DNA from: Octopus sinensis
Taxonomy: Eukaryota
Length of the DNA stretch: 64,000 nucleotides
Assembly (NCBI RefSeq): GCF_006345805.1
Contig: NC_043007.1
Coordinates: forward strand, 55,862,001 to 55,926,000
Direction of reading: 5' to 3'
Position 1 is the stretch's first letter. Each line of letters begins with the position of its first letter. The translations under genes were made by a program, and so were the position numbers. Positions 11,870-25,069 of the stretch are shown piece after piece. The notes under the pieces were generated by a model. That model saw nothing but the letters and a program-made list of their open reading frames with translations, ran no database searches and was not told the origin of the DNA.

Positions 11870-14800
11870 ATGGCAAAGCTGGGTTGTGTGAATGTGCGTG
11901 GAATGAGGTCGAAATGGAAACAAATTTGTCTCCTGAACGACCTCACGACACACGGAGTGGACGTAGCTATTGTAACCGAGTCCAAGATGAACGGGGCCCA
12001 AGCGTTCTCGCCTCTTCTAAATGGTTTCGAAAAATTTATTTCTCCTAGTCGAGGAGGAGGAAGGGGCGTGGCAGTCCTTATCAGGAAGAGCTTGGACTTG
12101 CAGGTAAGTACTGTCTTTCTGGACCCAGAAGGCAGGCTGGTCGTTCTGGATGTGACCCACGTAAGTAAACAGTCATTCAGGTTGGTAGCTGTCTACGCTC
12201 CGAATGGGTGTAGGTAGTCGGGTTTTTTTTCGGAATCTGGAGCCCTTTTTAGTGACGTCGAAAACGGTAGTCTTAGTAGGGGACTTTAACACTGTCCTCG
12301 AAGCGCGGGTCGACAGTGTTGGCTCAACCAATAGGAAGGGGAACCCTAGCCTCAAGGTTCTACTAGAGAGCTTTAATCTAGTAGACCGTTATCGACTGGA
12401 TGAGCCGAGCGTTCCACAGTGGACGTGGAGTAACAACGACGGCTCACGCAGATCGTATATAGATAGGAATTCGTTAGGAAAGAGATAAGGATACGTTTAG
12501 TTGTCCACAGTTTCACATGTGCCTTACACGGATCACAAAATTTGTGACTTGTAGGGTGCAATTAGATAAGTGCCATAGATAGACAGGGACCCAGTACTGG
12601 AAGTGAACAAGTATATTTGAATTGTGAAGACTTCCGAACCCGGATTAAGGTGTAGTACAGAGGGCATTATGTGGCACCATCATTACAATAGATGGTGGCA
12701 CTCCTCAAAGAGCCATTCGTTCAGAGTCCATTAGATTTAGCAATCAGCTAAGGTTAGATAGGTCTAGGATAGAGGACGATTTAGTTAAGAATCTAAACGA
12801 GGCAATGGAATCTGGCTCTGCATCCGGAGTGATGGCGGCAAGGACGGTATTGTACCGTCACCTAACTCCAAACACGAAGGTTGCAGAGTTAGAGCTAAGC
12901 TACGCGCAGGGAAACGAGAAGGTATTAACGTTGCCGGAGGGGCCCGTCGAGTGGAGAGTCAGAGAGGTAACAAAGCTTCAATCAAGTCTTTAACTGACGA
13001 ACAGGGACACAAGATCTTGGCAGGAGGAGATGCAAAAGTTTCTTCACCAGCATTTCGCCCGCGCGTTCGGGGGGGGGGGGCGCTGGAGCGGGGGAGGGCC
13101 TTAAGGATTCATAGCCGGCGGACCGCGGCTCACAGGGCGTGAGGTGGAGTGCTGTGAGGGAGCGATCACTCCCGCGGAGATAGAGGGGGTACTGGCCGGA
13201 TGCGCCGGGGAGAAGTCGCCAGGGTTGGTTGGTCTGACCTACGAGTTTATCAAAGTATGCTGGACTTGTTCGGGGGAATACTGGCAGGCGTCTACGCGAA
13301 ATGGCAGCAGAACGGGAGAATTCCCAGTTCTGTAAGCCGCCGGGAGTGGTGACGCTAATCCAGAAAAGACCCGAGCAAGGGGGATAACATTAGTAATTAC
13401 AGGCCCATAACTCTACTTAATGTAGAGGTTAAGATTTTGGCCAAGGTGTGGCAAAAAAGTTGACGACTGTCGTGGAGAAACTTGTAGAGAAAGCACAGAC
13501 ATGATGTGCAATTCCAGGCAGGTCGATCCAGGACAATCTTCACCTTATACGCTACACCTTAGATAGGGTGGGTAAATTAACCGGCAAGGGCGGGGTAATG
13601 GTCCATTTAGACCAAAGTAAAGCGTTCGATAGGGTAGACCATAAGTACCTGGCGACGGTCCTCGAAGCGGCGGACTGGGCCCTGAATTTCGCGGGTGGAT
13701 CTCTGCTTGTTATAGCGGCATCAAGTCCACCGTCCAGATAAAACGGTTACCTAACGGGAACCGTTTTCGAACGAAAACGGTTCAGTTCGTCAAGGGTACC
13801 CTTGTCACCACTTTGTACGTGTTGGCTCTCGAGCCATAGCTGCGAAAGTGGAGAGGCTGGGAAGTAACCCGGATGAGATCGGAGGCGGGGGACGGTTTCT
13901 GCTTATGCGGATGACGTCACCCTCATCGTGTCCAATGAGGCTCAGCTACCTTGTGTAGAAGATGCTATCAGAGGATACGAGGCGGTGGCAGGAACAAAAG
14001 TTAACAAGGACAAGTCGATTGGCTTACGCCTCGGCACCTGGAGGAGCAAGTCGATATCGTCCAGTGCCGTGTGGGACACTGGACAGATGTCCGTTAAGTT
14101 GCTAGGAGTTTGGTTTGGGCCAGACTCCACAAACGTAGAGGATTGGAGTCAGGTGACGGACAAGGTGGAGGCATAGTACGGACCTGGTCCGGAAGGTTTC
14201 TGTCCTTGAAAGGAAGGGCGGAGGTTGGTTACAGATGTCATTGCATCTGTAATCACTTACCGCTGACCGTTGTCCCTTGCCCCGATTCATGGCTTAGCCA
14301 GTTGGAGCGAATCCTTTTCCGCTTTTTGTGGAAGGGAGGAAAGCCACTTGTGTGAGGCGGTCGTTGCTGCCAGGAACCGTTAAAGGGGGTTTAGGAATGC
14401 TTTGGTTGATGATGCGCAGACATGCATTGGGCTGAAGCATCTTTGCCACCACCTGGAGGGTGATAAGGTGTGGAGTCCGCTGACAGGGGGAATTTTCCCG
14501 AGACCGGCTTCCTTAGTGAATTTAAACCCGGTTGCATTCAAAAGACGGAATCTGACTTTATGGCAAAGGAGTGCCGACAGGCCACTCCCGCTGATTCCAC
14601 AAGGCGGGCAGGCCGGCTGCGGAAATACCTACCTCGGTATTTTATAGCAGGCTGGTAGAGGCAAAGAACGACGACGTCTAGGAGGGGGCCCTGGGGTTCG
14701 CCGAAGACCAGCTTACCAACCTGTTCAAAAAGACTTTCAGGACGGGGTATTTGGATAATTTTCCAAAGATCCTGGCCTGGCAGTGTTATAGGAATGCTTT

Positions 14801-15248
14801 ACATGTTCGCGAGAAGTTATCGCGGCATCGAATTTCAGTGCCACCGACATGTCCAAGATGCGGGTTGGACGATGAAACCGTCCAGCACGCTTTTGTACAC
14901 TGTCGGCAGTAGTCAGACTTGATAAGTTACGCAGAACACGTGTTATCGCATCTGGGACGAGTACAGCTGTCGGCTAAGTCTATGATTAAGATGATACCGC
15001 CAACTGGACTCTCGAAGGAAGGTAAGACATGTTTTCACTGCACGGTTGCAGTAGTAAAAGAATGCATGTGGCGTACAAGAATGGAAGGATTCGCAATAGG
15101 ATCCTTTGTTTCAGGCCCCGGCTTGCTCACTTACTTCAGATATCATCTGAAGAGCAAAATGGGGCTGAAAAAGAAGACCTTACCACGAGGTGTGTATGAA
15201 AGATGGAAGGAAGTGGCGAAAAAGGTGGGTGTCAGAAACCCAGTTTAA
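11870..15248 (+). pseudogene. Tx1 ORF2 (APE endonuclease + reverse transcriptase + C-terminal zinc finger), disrupted
   Basis: APE motifs CVNVRGM, IVTESK, GRGVAVLI, VAVYAPN, VLVGDFN, SYIDR. RT motifs NYRPITLLN, QSKAFDRVDH, VRQG.PLSPLLY, AYADDVT. C-terminal CPRCGLDDETVQHAFVHC. Many stops and frameshifts. Confidence 0.9.
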
Positions 15249-15509
15249 CTATGGATGGAGAAGAGGAAAGGAAAGCTGCGGGGCCTTATAGGTTGCCGGG
15301 GTTTAAAATATATTGGTAAGATTTCAATCTAATGTAATGTTATATTAGTCAATGCAAAGGACAATTTAAATACAGTTTTTTGTATAATGAATAATCCATA
15401 TATTTTGGAAATTTTTAAACGAACCACTTAACTGTTTTTTGTATGTGTGTCCTGTATTGTTCTTCTATGTACTGATTTTATAATCATAATAAAGAATTAA
15501 TCGCGACCT

Positions 15510-15775
15510 GGTGGTTACCGCCCGTTGATAAGGGACAATAATCCCGAAACTAGTCCATGCGTATCACTCAGGCTTGCGAGAAAGGGATGGACTCCCTTTG
15601 CAAATACTTCAAGGGCACTGAAATGGTGTCTAAAGCCAGCTGGAGACGATGATCTCCTGGGGCTATGGAGCTACAGTAACACCCCCTCCCCTTTGTGGTT
15701 AGCCATATTAAGATGGCTTCTATACCTACATTATCGAGCGATTACTGTTTACATCTCATTCTGAGATTTAATAAT
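15510..15775 (+). mobile_element. PLE-like repeat, right part (contains HHR and terminal direct repeat)
   Basis: Contains the HHR at 15519-15561 and ends with the 49-bp direct repeat of 10022-10070, followed by (TA)n. Confidence 0.6.
15519..15561 (+). ncRNA. Minimal type I hammerhead ribozyme with compensatory U3-A8 core
   Basis: CGCCCG-TTGATAA-GGGA(CAATAA)TCCC-GAAAC-TA-GTC-CATGCG. Stem II is a perfect 4 bp, helix III is the palindrome ACTAGT, and the cleavage triplet is GUC. Stem I has 2 mismatches. Confidence 0.65.
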
Positions 15776-15778
15776 ATA

Positions 15779-15831
<53 letters not shown>

Positions 15832-15885
15832 TATATTTATATAGATCAATAAATGGTGAGGTTGTGTTGACCGCACGTGGAGAAA

Positions 15886-15983
15886 TGATAAGCAAGGAAA
15901 AATTGTAAAAAGGCAGAATGCTAAATTGAAAGAAAATTTTAATGAAAATGGCTGTATGGAAAAAGTTTTTGAAAAATTGATAA

Positions 15984-16059
<76 letters not shown>

Positions 16060-16153
16060 TATCAATTTTTCAAAAACTTTTTCCATACACCCATTTTCAT
16101 TAAAGTTTTCTTTCAATTTAGCATTCTGCCTTTTTACAATTTTTCCTTGCTTA
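15886..16153. repeat. ~100-bp inverted duplication centred on (AT)n
   Basis: 15886-15987 is the reverse complement of 16056-16153, with 2 substitutions and 1 indel in an A run. Confidence 0.9.
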
Positions 16154-16232
16154 TATATATATATATATATATATAACGGGAAGCTTTATGAAAATAAACA
16201 AAAGACGAAGGCAGGTGGAAAACAAACGAACA

Positions 16233-16293
<61 letters not shown>

Positions 16294-19200
16294 CTTTATT
16301 TGTGGATTAAAATTGCTACCAATTGTTTCATGTGTACAAAAAATCCACGATTCTTCAACCATTCTATTTCAGGATATTGGTAATCGCATCTCACATCCAT
16401 CCGAAATGGATGCGATTACGAACTTTTGAATTAGAAACCTTGAGCAATTGCGATTCTTTTCATACATGAAACCAATGGTAGTACTATTAATACATACATA
16501 AAGAAATATACAATATTTATCCACTAAATACAGTGTTGGGTACCTATCCTCACTGATCGATACTATCATACATATGCACAAACATACACGCACATATGTA
16601 TGTATATATATATACAGTTATATAAGTATGTTACGTATGTATGTATGTTTGTATGTATACACGTACGTATGCATATAAGTATGACTGAATGCATGTATGA
16701 AAGAATGTATGTATATATGAATGTATGTATGAATGTACGTTATGTATATTATGTCTGTCTGTATGTATGGAAGTGTCGAATTTCATTTTCATTTTTATTT
16801 CTACACAGAACAGAAAATAGTACAAACCAACGAAAATAGATTCCGTCTACACTGCAACAGATTGGATTGGATTCCAGTCTAAATATTTATGTAAAGCTTA
16901 ATGCAAAATGACCAACATTTCACGATTATATCTGCTGGATTTATTTAAAGACGATTATCTTTCTCGTTGATCTCCAGTTCTCTCGTTTTTCGTGCCTGTA
17001 TATATACACATAGATACAAAAAAAGAGTAATACGGACACATCAAAATGTATTTATAATTCGTGCATGCACACATACACATACTTATGTATGTATGTATGT
17101 ATGTATGTATGTATGTATGTATGTATGTATGTATGTATGTATGTATGTATGTATGTGTGCGTGTATGTATGTATGTGTTTGCATTTGTGTTTATATGCAG
17201 CGTTCTTTCAGAGATGACGATGATAAGAATGTCATCCATCGGGATGTTCATAACAATGGTACGATTATCATGATTTGAAGGAGTCGGAGTAGATGTAAGA
17301 GGATATGCAAAAATGAAAGCGGTAGGACACAGGAGAGGGTGTTGTTGAGAGTGTAAAATTATTAAATATGAAGTTGGTCATGTATGTGAAGGATACCAAA
17401 CAGAAAACCTTTCAAATTGACTAGAAGACACCCTTCCCTCTTCATGCTCTAAAATCTGTTCTTTTGTGTGCCTATCTATTTCAGCCAATGAAGCACCAAC
17501 ACCTATAGTTTCCTTCTTGCTTATAGTGATTAGTTAATCGAATCCAAGGCACTACCTATATTGCCAAGTTACTAAATTTGAAGTCTACGATCGGTGGTAG
17601 TTTTGATGCCACCGAATGGTAGAGTCAATTGTCGGACAGTTGATATAATTGTTGCAATTGTAGCCACTGTTTCTACACTGCTATATTTTGCTCTTATACA
17701 CCTGTCTATTATTAACGTCTTCTGTAATTGTTGCCAAGTAAGAATGATTTGCACCGATTTAAACGTATCAATGGCGTATCATCACAACATCTTTGAGACA
17801 TTTTGTGGTCTAATACATGGTAATGGAGTAGAGACACCATGTGGAACAATATCGTAGAGTAATAGTAAAACTAATGTCTACTGCATCCTCATGGTGGAGA
17901 TACATTGTATGGAACGAATTCACAGAGTTGCATTAAATGTGTGTCTATTATATTATAGTGATATAGAAACACTTCAGAATTAGAGTTGTAGTCACCTTAT
18001 ACGCAAGAAGATATTGTTGGTGTAATGATATTATGTGACACAATAGAATGGTGGTATATGTGTTACAATAGCAATGTAGTATAGTGGGTGTATATGGTTC
18101 TAATAGTGTAGGGATATTACTAAATGCTGGCATTAAAATATAATGACAGTAAAAGTGACCGAACATAAATTTAAAACACGTTAAACGAATGATTAAATTG
18201 CGGAATGGCTGAGATGATATCAGTTGAGATATCAAATGTTTTCCTCTTTCTTATGACCCGAATTCTTTCAAGCCTAAACTAAATTCATTCCTTTCGCCTT
18301 AATTTCTCCTACTTCACAATTCCTTACACTAAGTAGTTTATCAATGACGACGATGACGATGATAATGTTGTTGACGGAGATAATGATGATAATCATCATA
18401 ATTATTTTCATTATCAAGATGATTATGATGAGGACAGTGATGGAAAATTGATTGATCAAATGATCAAATATGTAAACCGAGTGATAATCTGAACGGAAAA
18501 TATGTCACTACGTCTTTCTTCTTTACTTCACTCACTTCAACCTGAAAATAATTGCTGAACATTCCAGGGTCAAATAAGGCCAAGATTTTGGTCTGTCAAC
18601 TCAGTGCCTCAGAAAAACAATATACACTCGAGCTGGTCCATCATATTATCAAACATTCTCTAAACACGATTTCATATCCTACTAAATGAAAACGATAATA
18701 AATAATTATTCCACTTTAGTCCCTCTGTAACCAATAATACATTAAGTCACCAAATTACATCCAATATAGAATAAACTGAAAGAAAACATGGTTTATCCTT
18801 TGCCATTACTAACACTATTGTTGCCGACGCTGAACTTCACCAGTTACCTCACTGTCAAGATTTTTACCCATTAAAGATCTGAACAACTGCTGATTCGATA
18901 TAAAGTATCAGTTAATATAATGCCCTCACATTGTTGACCATATATTGAAAAAATGAACGATGAATAGTTAATTAAATAGTTAAAATTTACAGAATGTGAC
19001 CGGTGTCTGCGCCGGATTGGGTCTTCTGTTCTTGCCTTCCTGTTCATGTCTTTGCTACTTTAAACTTTGTGATCTATAATTCCTTTATGTTACGTACGGC
19101 TATTTCTATTTCCTGAACTCGCGTTGTTTCCCTTTCCCTAACAGTCCGTCCGTGACTCCTCCACGGGAACCAGCTTTGAGGACATTGCCTAGATCTTATT

Positions 19201-19312
19201 CTGGATAAGTATTTTTGAAAATCCACCATCGGCGATATTTTTCTAACCAACAACAGATTACAGGTCTAATTTCAGTATGTATATGTGATCGCGCGCATAT
19301 AGATTAGAAATA

Positions 19313-19465
19313 TTCTTTCTACTACAGGCACAAGGCCTGAAATTTGTGAGGCTAGTCCATTACATTGACCCCAGTACTCAACTGGTAACTTCCTTTATCG
19401 ACCTCAAAAGGGACGAAAATCAAAGTCGATCATAGGAGAATTTGAAGTTGCAACGCACAGGTGGA
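19313..19465 (-). mobile_element. SINE family A, partial copy
   Basis: TTTCTACTACAGGCACAAGGCCTGAAATTT…CATTGACCCCAGTACTCAACTGGTA…TCGAC. Confidence 0.7.
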
Positions 19466-19474
19466 CGAAATACC

Positions 19475-19704
19475 TATTTCTTTACTACCCACAAGGGGCT
19501 AAACACAGAGAGGACAAACAAGGACAGACAAACGGATCAAGTCGATTACATCGACCCCAGTGCGTAACTGGTACTTATTTAATCGACCCCGAAGGATGAA
19601 AGGCAAAGTCGATCTCGGCGGAATTTGAACTCAGAACGTAGCGGCAGACGAAATACTGCTAAGCATTTCGCCCGGCGTGCTAACGTTTCTGCCAGCTCGC
19701 CGCC
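19475..19704 (-). mobile_element. tRNA-derived SINE family A, complete copy
   Basis: Minus-strand head GGCGGCGAGCTGGCAGAAACGTTAGCACG…GTTCTGAGTTCAAATTCCGCC (A/B-box-like), then the GGGGTCGAT…AATAAGTACC core. Confidence 0.85.
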
Positions 19705-20088
19705 CCACAGAAATTAAAAATATCACGGAATGTAATAAGCTGATGTTGAAAATGAAGAAGGAAGAAGTGAAAGAAAATCGGAATGTATCAAATAGAAAAT
19801 AGCCTCTGTCGAATGATGGCCAGTGTACAATATGCTCAAGTTCTGTACAGAGATTACACAAGGTGTCTGCACAAATACACATCTAGATAGACAAGGAGAG
19901 AACACATAACGTTCACAAACAACATAACAGAGTGACTGTACACATTATCAACTCATAGTCTAAGTTGACTAAATCATGCTCAAGGTAATGAGAATTTGTA
20001 TTAACAGTGATGTCTAAAAATAAATATATATAAAATGACTGTTCAAGCATTTGGGTTGCACATCCATATACACACACGTTTGTTCTCA

Positions 20089-20126
<38 letters not shown>

Positions 20127-20319
20127 CGTGCAATTTCTCAAGTATTCATAGATTATTGTCTACCTACAAGATTCACGTGTGTGTACATGAAAATGTAATT
20201 TATATGTACAATTGTATATCTTTTGCATACGTATGCAAGCACACATATTTAGATATGTGTGTATGTATATGTATGTGCATATAGATGTATTTGTGTATAC
20301 CTTATATATGTATATATAT

Positions 20320-20406
<87 letters not shown>

Positions 20407-20425
20407 ATTATATACATATGTATAT

Positions 20426-20471
<46 letters not shown>

Positions 20472-20975
20472 TGTATATATATTATATATATGTGTGTGTG
20501 TATGTATATATGTATAGTAATATTTATAACTTGCTACATATTCATAACAATATCAAGAGTATATAAAGATTTTAATTTTGCTTGTCTATATTATCTTCCT
20601 GCCAAAGCTCACAACCTTCCACGTTCATCATCTCAACCACGACGCAGTCTCCCCATCTTTCTCACTAGTCTTCACTCAAGATGAAATTGGCAACATTCGA
20701 CTGTAATCTTGGCATGCCATAACTTTGTTGTTGTTCTGAAGCAAAGCGGAATGGATGGAAAGGCAGTAACTTTGATTAGTCCATGTAATCTTGACCGAGA
20801 GTGGACGGGAGGGAGCGATAAACAGTTTTGATACATTGTCAGATATCTTGGAAGAAACATGTGTACGGAACATCATTACATACATGCAAACATATGCAAG
20901 CTGCTTTCAGAGGTTTACCAGTATATACTTGCAGCTATGCATACATTCCTGCGCATACATTAATTAATTAATTCA

Positions 20976-21110
<135 letters not shown>

Positions 21111-21971
21111 CCAAATATATATGTATTGTGTGTGTGTGTGTGTGTGTGCGTGTGCATCTGTTACTTGTTTCAGTCATTTGACTGCGGCCGTGCTGAGCAC
21201 AGCCTAGAAGGGTTTTCGTTGAACAAATCTTTTATCTTATTAGCCTGATACTTTCCGAGGCCGAAAGAATTACCATGCACAACACTGTAAATTAAGAAAT
21301 ATTCGTCAATCTACTGAAAGTGATGTTACTGCCTACAGCTGTGAATTACTATACCACCTAACAGTTCATAGAGTTGTTCCCACTATTTGTTCAGCCACAG
21401 AAAAATGTTAACTGACGCTGAATTGTTTTTCCAATCACTACAACGTAATATCACTTCGCACCGTATTTAACAAATAAGAGAAAAACTATCATCCTGGATA
21501 GAATGCACATCCAACGTTGAGGTCTTGCACCGAATAGAGATAAGATAGAAATAATAAACTATGTTCAGAACCACGACGAAACGACTCCAGTGAAATTATG
21601 TGTCCGGTTGCATGAGCCATTTATTCAATAATATCTATCTGGACACACCACCTCCTCTAAAGCCCTCCTACCACATCATAAAAACATAGAAAAGGTTATT
21701 TTCTTCAGTAATGGTGGTGATAAAATTAGTATCAGCAAACAGCCTGATCACATGGCATGTTTAGCTGCTACTTTGAAAGAATACATGAAATCCTAAAGAA
21801 GAAGCAATTTATTTATTGATTGCTCTTCTCTTGTAGCATAAAATAAAACAATAAATGAAATGGATATTAATTAAAGAATAGCAAAATACAGATGCAATAT
21901 TTTCTTCATAGCTTTCAGCTGCCTGCTTCGTTTTAATTATATATATTTGGGTCTGCACGCGTGCGTGTGAA

Positions 21972-22020
<49 letters not shown>

Positions 22021-22431
22021 TGTGTGTCTGTGTGTGTGTGTATGTGTGAGCAAGCATAGGTATGATTGTGTGTGTTTGTTTATAATTTTGCACGAAGCAT
22101 GGGGCAGCTTAAGATAAAACAAATTAGCTGAAGGCAGCAAGTACTGTCTTTGATTTTGCAGTTCAAATGAAAAATAACAAAACAAAGCAAAAAACAAAAC
22201 GAAAGAAAGAAAAATTGTTTCTTATTGCAAGCCAGAACCGTTGTCTCCCTTTACTACCTTACCACCACACTACTGCTGTTGTCGTCGTAGTCGTCGCTGT
22301 TATCATTAATAATTACATATCTTTTTCTTTTCTTTTTTATTTCTAAAGGGGAAGGAAATAATCGAAGAACTGATATTTCTAATTTGCCTTCGGCGTAATT
22401 ATAATTCTAGCCGAAGGAAATTCGAAGTACA

Positions 22432-22495
<64 letters not shown>

Positions 22496-22979
22496 TCTAC
22501 AACACCATACCACGCACATATGTACATGTGTGTTTGTATATATACATAACATATATTCATGCAGATATCAACATACACACACGCATACTTATATTTCGTG
22601 TATGTGTGTGGTGTGTGTATGATAATATGCACGTGAATGAATATATGTTGACGAAGGCATACATGTGCGTGTGTGTGTGTGTGCGTGTGTGTGTTTGTGG
22701 GTTTGTGAGTGGGGTGTGTGCATATGTATTTAATTAGCATTGAAACATAACTGAAGACTACGTCTTTAGAATTGCACGTACCCTGAGAACAATATCTGTA
22801 AATTTACTGCCGATGGTCTCTTCTGGTACAAACAAAGCTTAGCAAATGTCAGCTATTTCCAACGAACAATCTGCATACGTGCATGCATACATATATAAAG
22901 TAACTAAAGACTATTTTTCCCGATTAAAAATAGATATGGCATTTAGAGTTTGTCTCTTACAAGACAATATCCCACCATG

Positions 22980-23330
22980 CGTTTACAGTTGTAGCACTAA
23001 TATCAGTTTCGGATACTTGACTAATTTGTTAAAGTGATACTCTTGATAGACAGTAAAAGCCGCAAGATCCTGACATCAACTTCAAACACTCGCTAAATCA
23101 GTGATATTGGCAGACTCTATCTCGGGAGAAAAGAGAGAGAATGGCTTAAAATCAGAACAAACTGCCTTCAAGTGCTATATAATATCACACAGACAGCAAG
23201 CTACGAAACAACTGTAGCAAATACTCATAAATGAAGAGAACATCTTTCGTCTTAGTAGTGGAACACTCACTTCTTGATCACTTCCCATGTGAACCCAGAA
23301 ATGTAGGACTAGCATATCCCAGCAAAGCTT
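22980..23330 (+). pseudogene. Old R4/Dong-like LINE remnant (post-RT region)
   Basis: Frames give DSKSRKILT…DIGRLYLGRKER, homologous to DRKTRKIMT…SDIERLYIQRIEGGRG in the LINE at 32700-32800. Confidence 0.5.
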
Positions 23331-23676
23331 TTAAAGTGAAACACTCTGCATCTCACAAAAAGGTTACACATTAATATGTTAACTATAAACTTGGGGAAAT
23401 GATGATATTCAACAGAAACTAATTACTGCATCACGTCACATCATGAAGGCTTTGATTTTGCATTCCTAAAGCAGGAGATAACAAAATAGCTGATGAAAGA
23501 CGCAGTGAAGCCTTTAAATGCCCAAGATGTAGCCATAAATGTTAATTATGCCACTTTCCCGTGGAAGTCATAACTAATGTAATCAGTAAAAATGTCATCG
23601 AGATGTTAGCTTCAACTACATGATGTTGTTTTTAAAACATTATAGAACGCCATGCACAGTAAAGACTGCCCTGGGT

Positions 23677-23765
<89 letters not shown>

Positions 23766-23766
23766 G

Positions 23767-23797
<31 letters not shown>

Positions 23798-23805
23798 TGT
23801 GTGTG

Positions 23806-23838
<33 letters not shown>

Positions 23839-24622
23839 TGTGTATTGTGACTCTTTCTCGACTTAATATTTCTCTTCTGGCATCCCTACTTTCTCTCTCC
23901 CTCTCTCTCATCTTCTCATACTTAATTGTAGACCTCCCCCTTCCTTCTCCTTTTCTCTCTCTCATCCTCCTTCCCACCCATCTACTGGCCACACGTGACT
24001 CGTGACTAATTATCTAATCTCTGTTTTTTCTTTGTTTTGTCACAGGACACTTAGCGTGCCGGTCAACTTTTCCTCTTCTCTTACTAATTCGTTATATCCA
24101 TTTGAGGATTGCTTCCTGGCGTTACCCATCATCCTCGTTTTGGGCTGAAAAGCTTATTTGTTGTCTTCGTCTATCGCTTCTAATTACATTTCTTTACTTT
24201 TGTATGTCCACCCTGTATTGTCTTGTTTGCTCGAACCCTAATTCTACGCAAATCTTGTGGGTGTCATCGACATACTAAGTTCTCAGTCTTATCGTTAAAG
24301 ATACGGAACTGGGCATTTATATTTTTCGGTCAATAACTGAAGGATTACTGTCTTTCTGTGCCTGTCCTACGTGTAGGTTTTGTACTAGTTAATGCATTTT
24401 TCATTTACACACACACACACACAAGTTCGTAGCCAATTCAACATGGTGGGGGTGCTTGCCTTCCCTTCGCAAATATAAGGACACAGGAAATGTGTCAAAG
24501 CCTACAGGAAGCGTCGATGCTTTCTAGGGCTAAATAGCGGTGGTGTAATTCCCTTTACGAGACTGTCACGTTATGTTGACAGTATACAGCCACTATATAT
24601 ATATATATATATATACACATAA

Positions 24623-24922
24623 GTGGAGGCTCATGGCTTAGTGCTTAGAGCAGCGAACTCACGGTCGTGGGATCACGGGTTCGAATCTCCGACCGAGTGG
24701 TGTGTTTGTTAATGAGCAAAACACCTAAGCAGAATGTGGCTCCGGCAGAAGATAATGGCGAGTTTTTGCTGACTCCTTCACTACAACTTTCTCTCACTCT
24801 CTCCTCGTGCATCTAGCAGATCACCTGAGACGGACCGGCGTCCCATCCAGGTGGAGAAGCTATACAGCAATAAAACCTGGGACCCGGCCTTTATGAGCCA
24901 AGCATGGCTCAAGAAGGAACAA
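24623..24922 (+). mobile_element. tRNA-derived SINE family D
   Basis: Head with A-box TGGCTTAGTGC and B-box GGTTCGAATC, central GGACCGGCGTCCCATCCAGG, and tail GCATGGCTCAAGAAGGAACAAAC. Confidence 0.7.
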
Positions 24923-24944
24923 ACACTCACACACACACACACAC

Positions 24945-25019
<75 letters not shown>

Positions 25020-25035
25020 GTGTGTGTGTGTGTGT

Positions 25036-25069
<34 letters not shown>

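Larger units (their letters stand above)
10161..15499 (+). mobile_element. Full-length decayed Tx1-clade (L1 group) non-LTR retrotransposon
   Basis: Two-ORF layout with a 3' AATAAA at 15488-15493. Flanked by a 10-bp TSD ATCGCGACCT (10151-10160 and 15500-15509). Confidence 0.9.

Noticed and set aside
20686-20830. SGMDGKAVTLISP resembling the region after DEAD-box motif VI
   Set aside because: The HRxGRxxR motif is absent, it is bounded by stops, and there are no clear splice sites.
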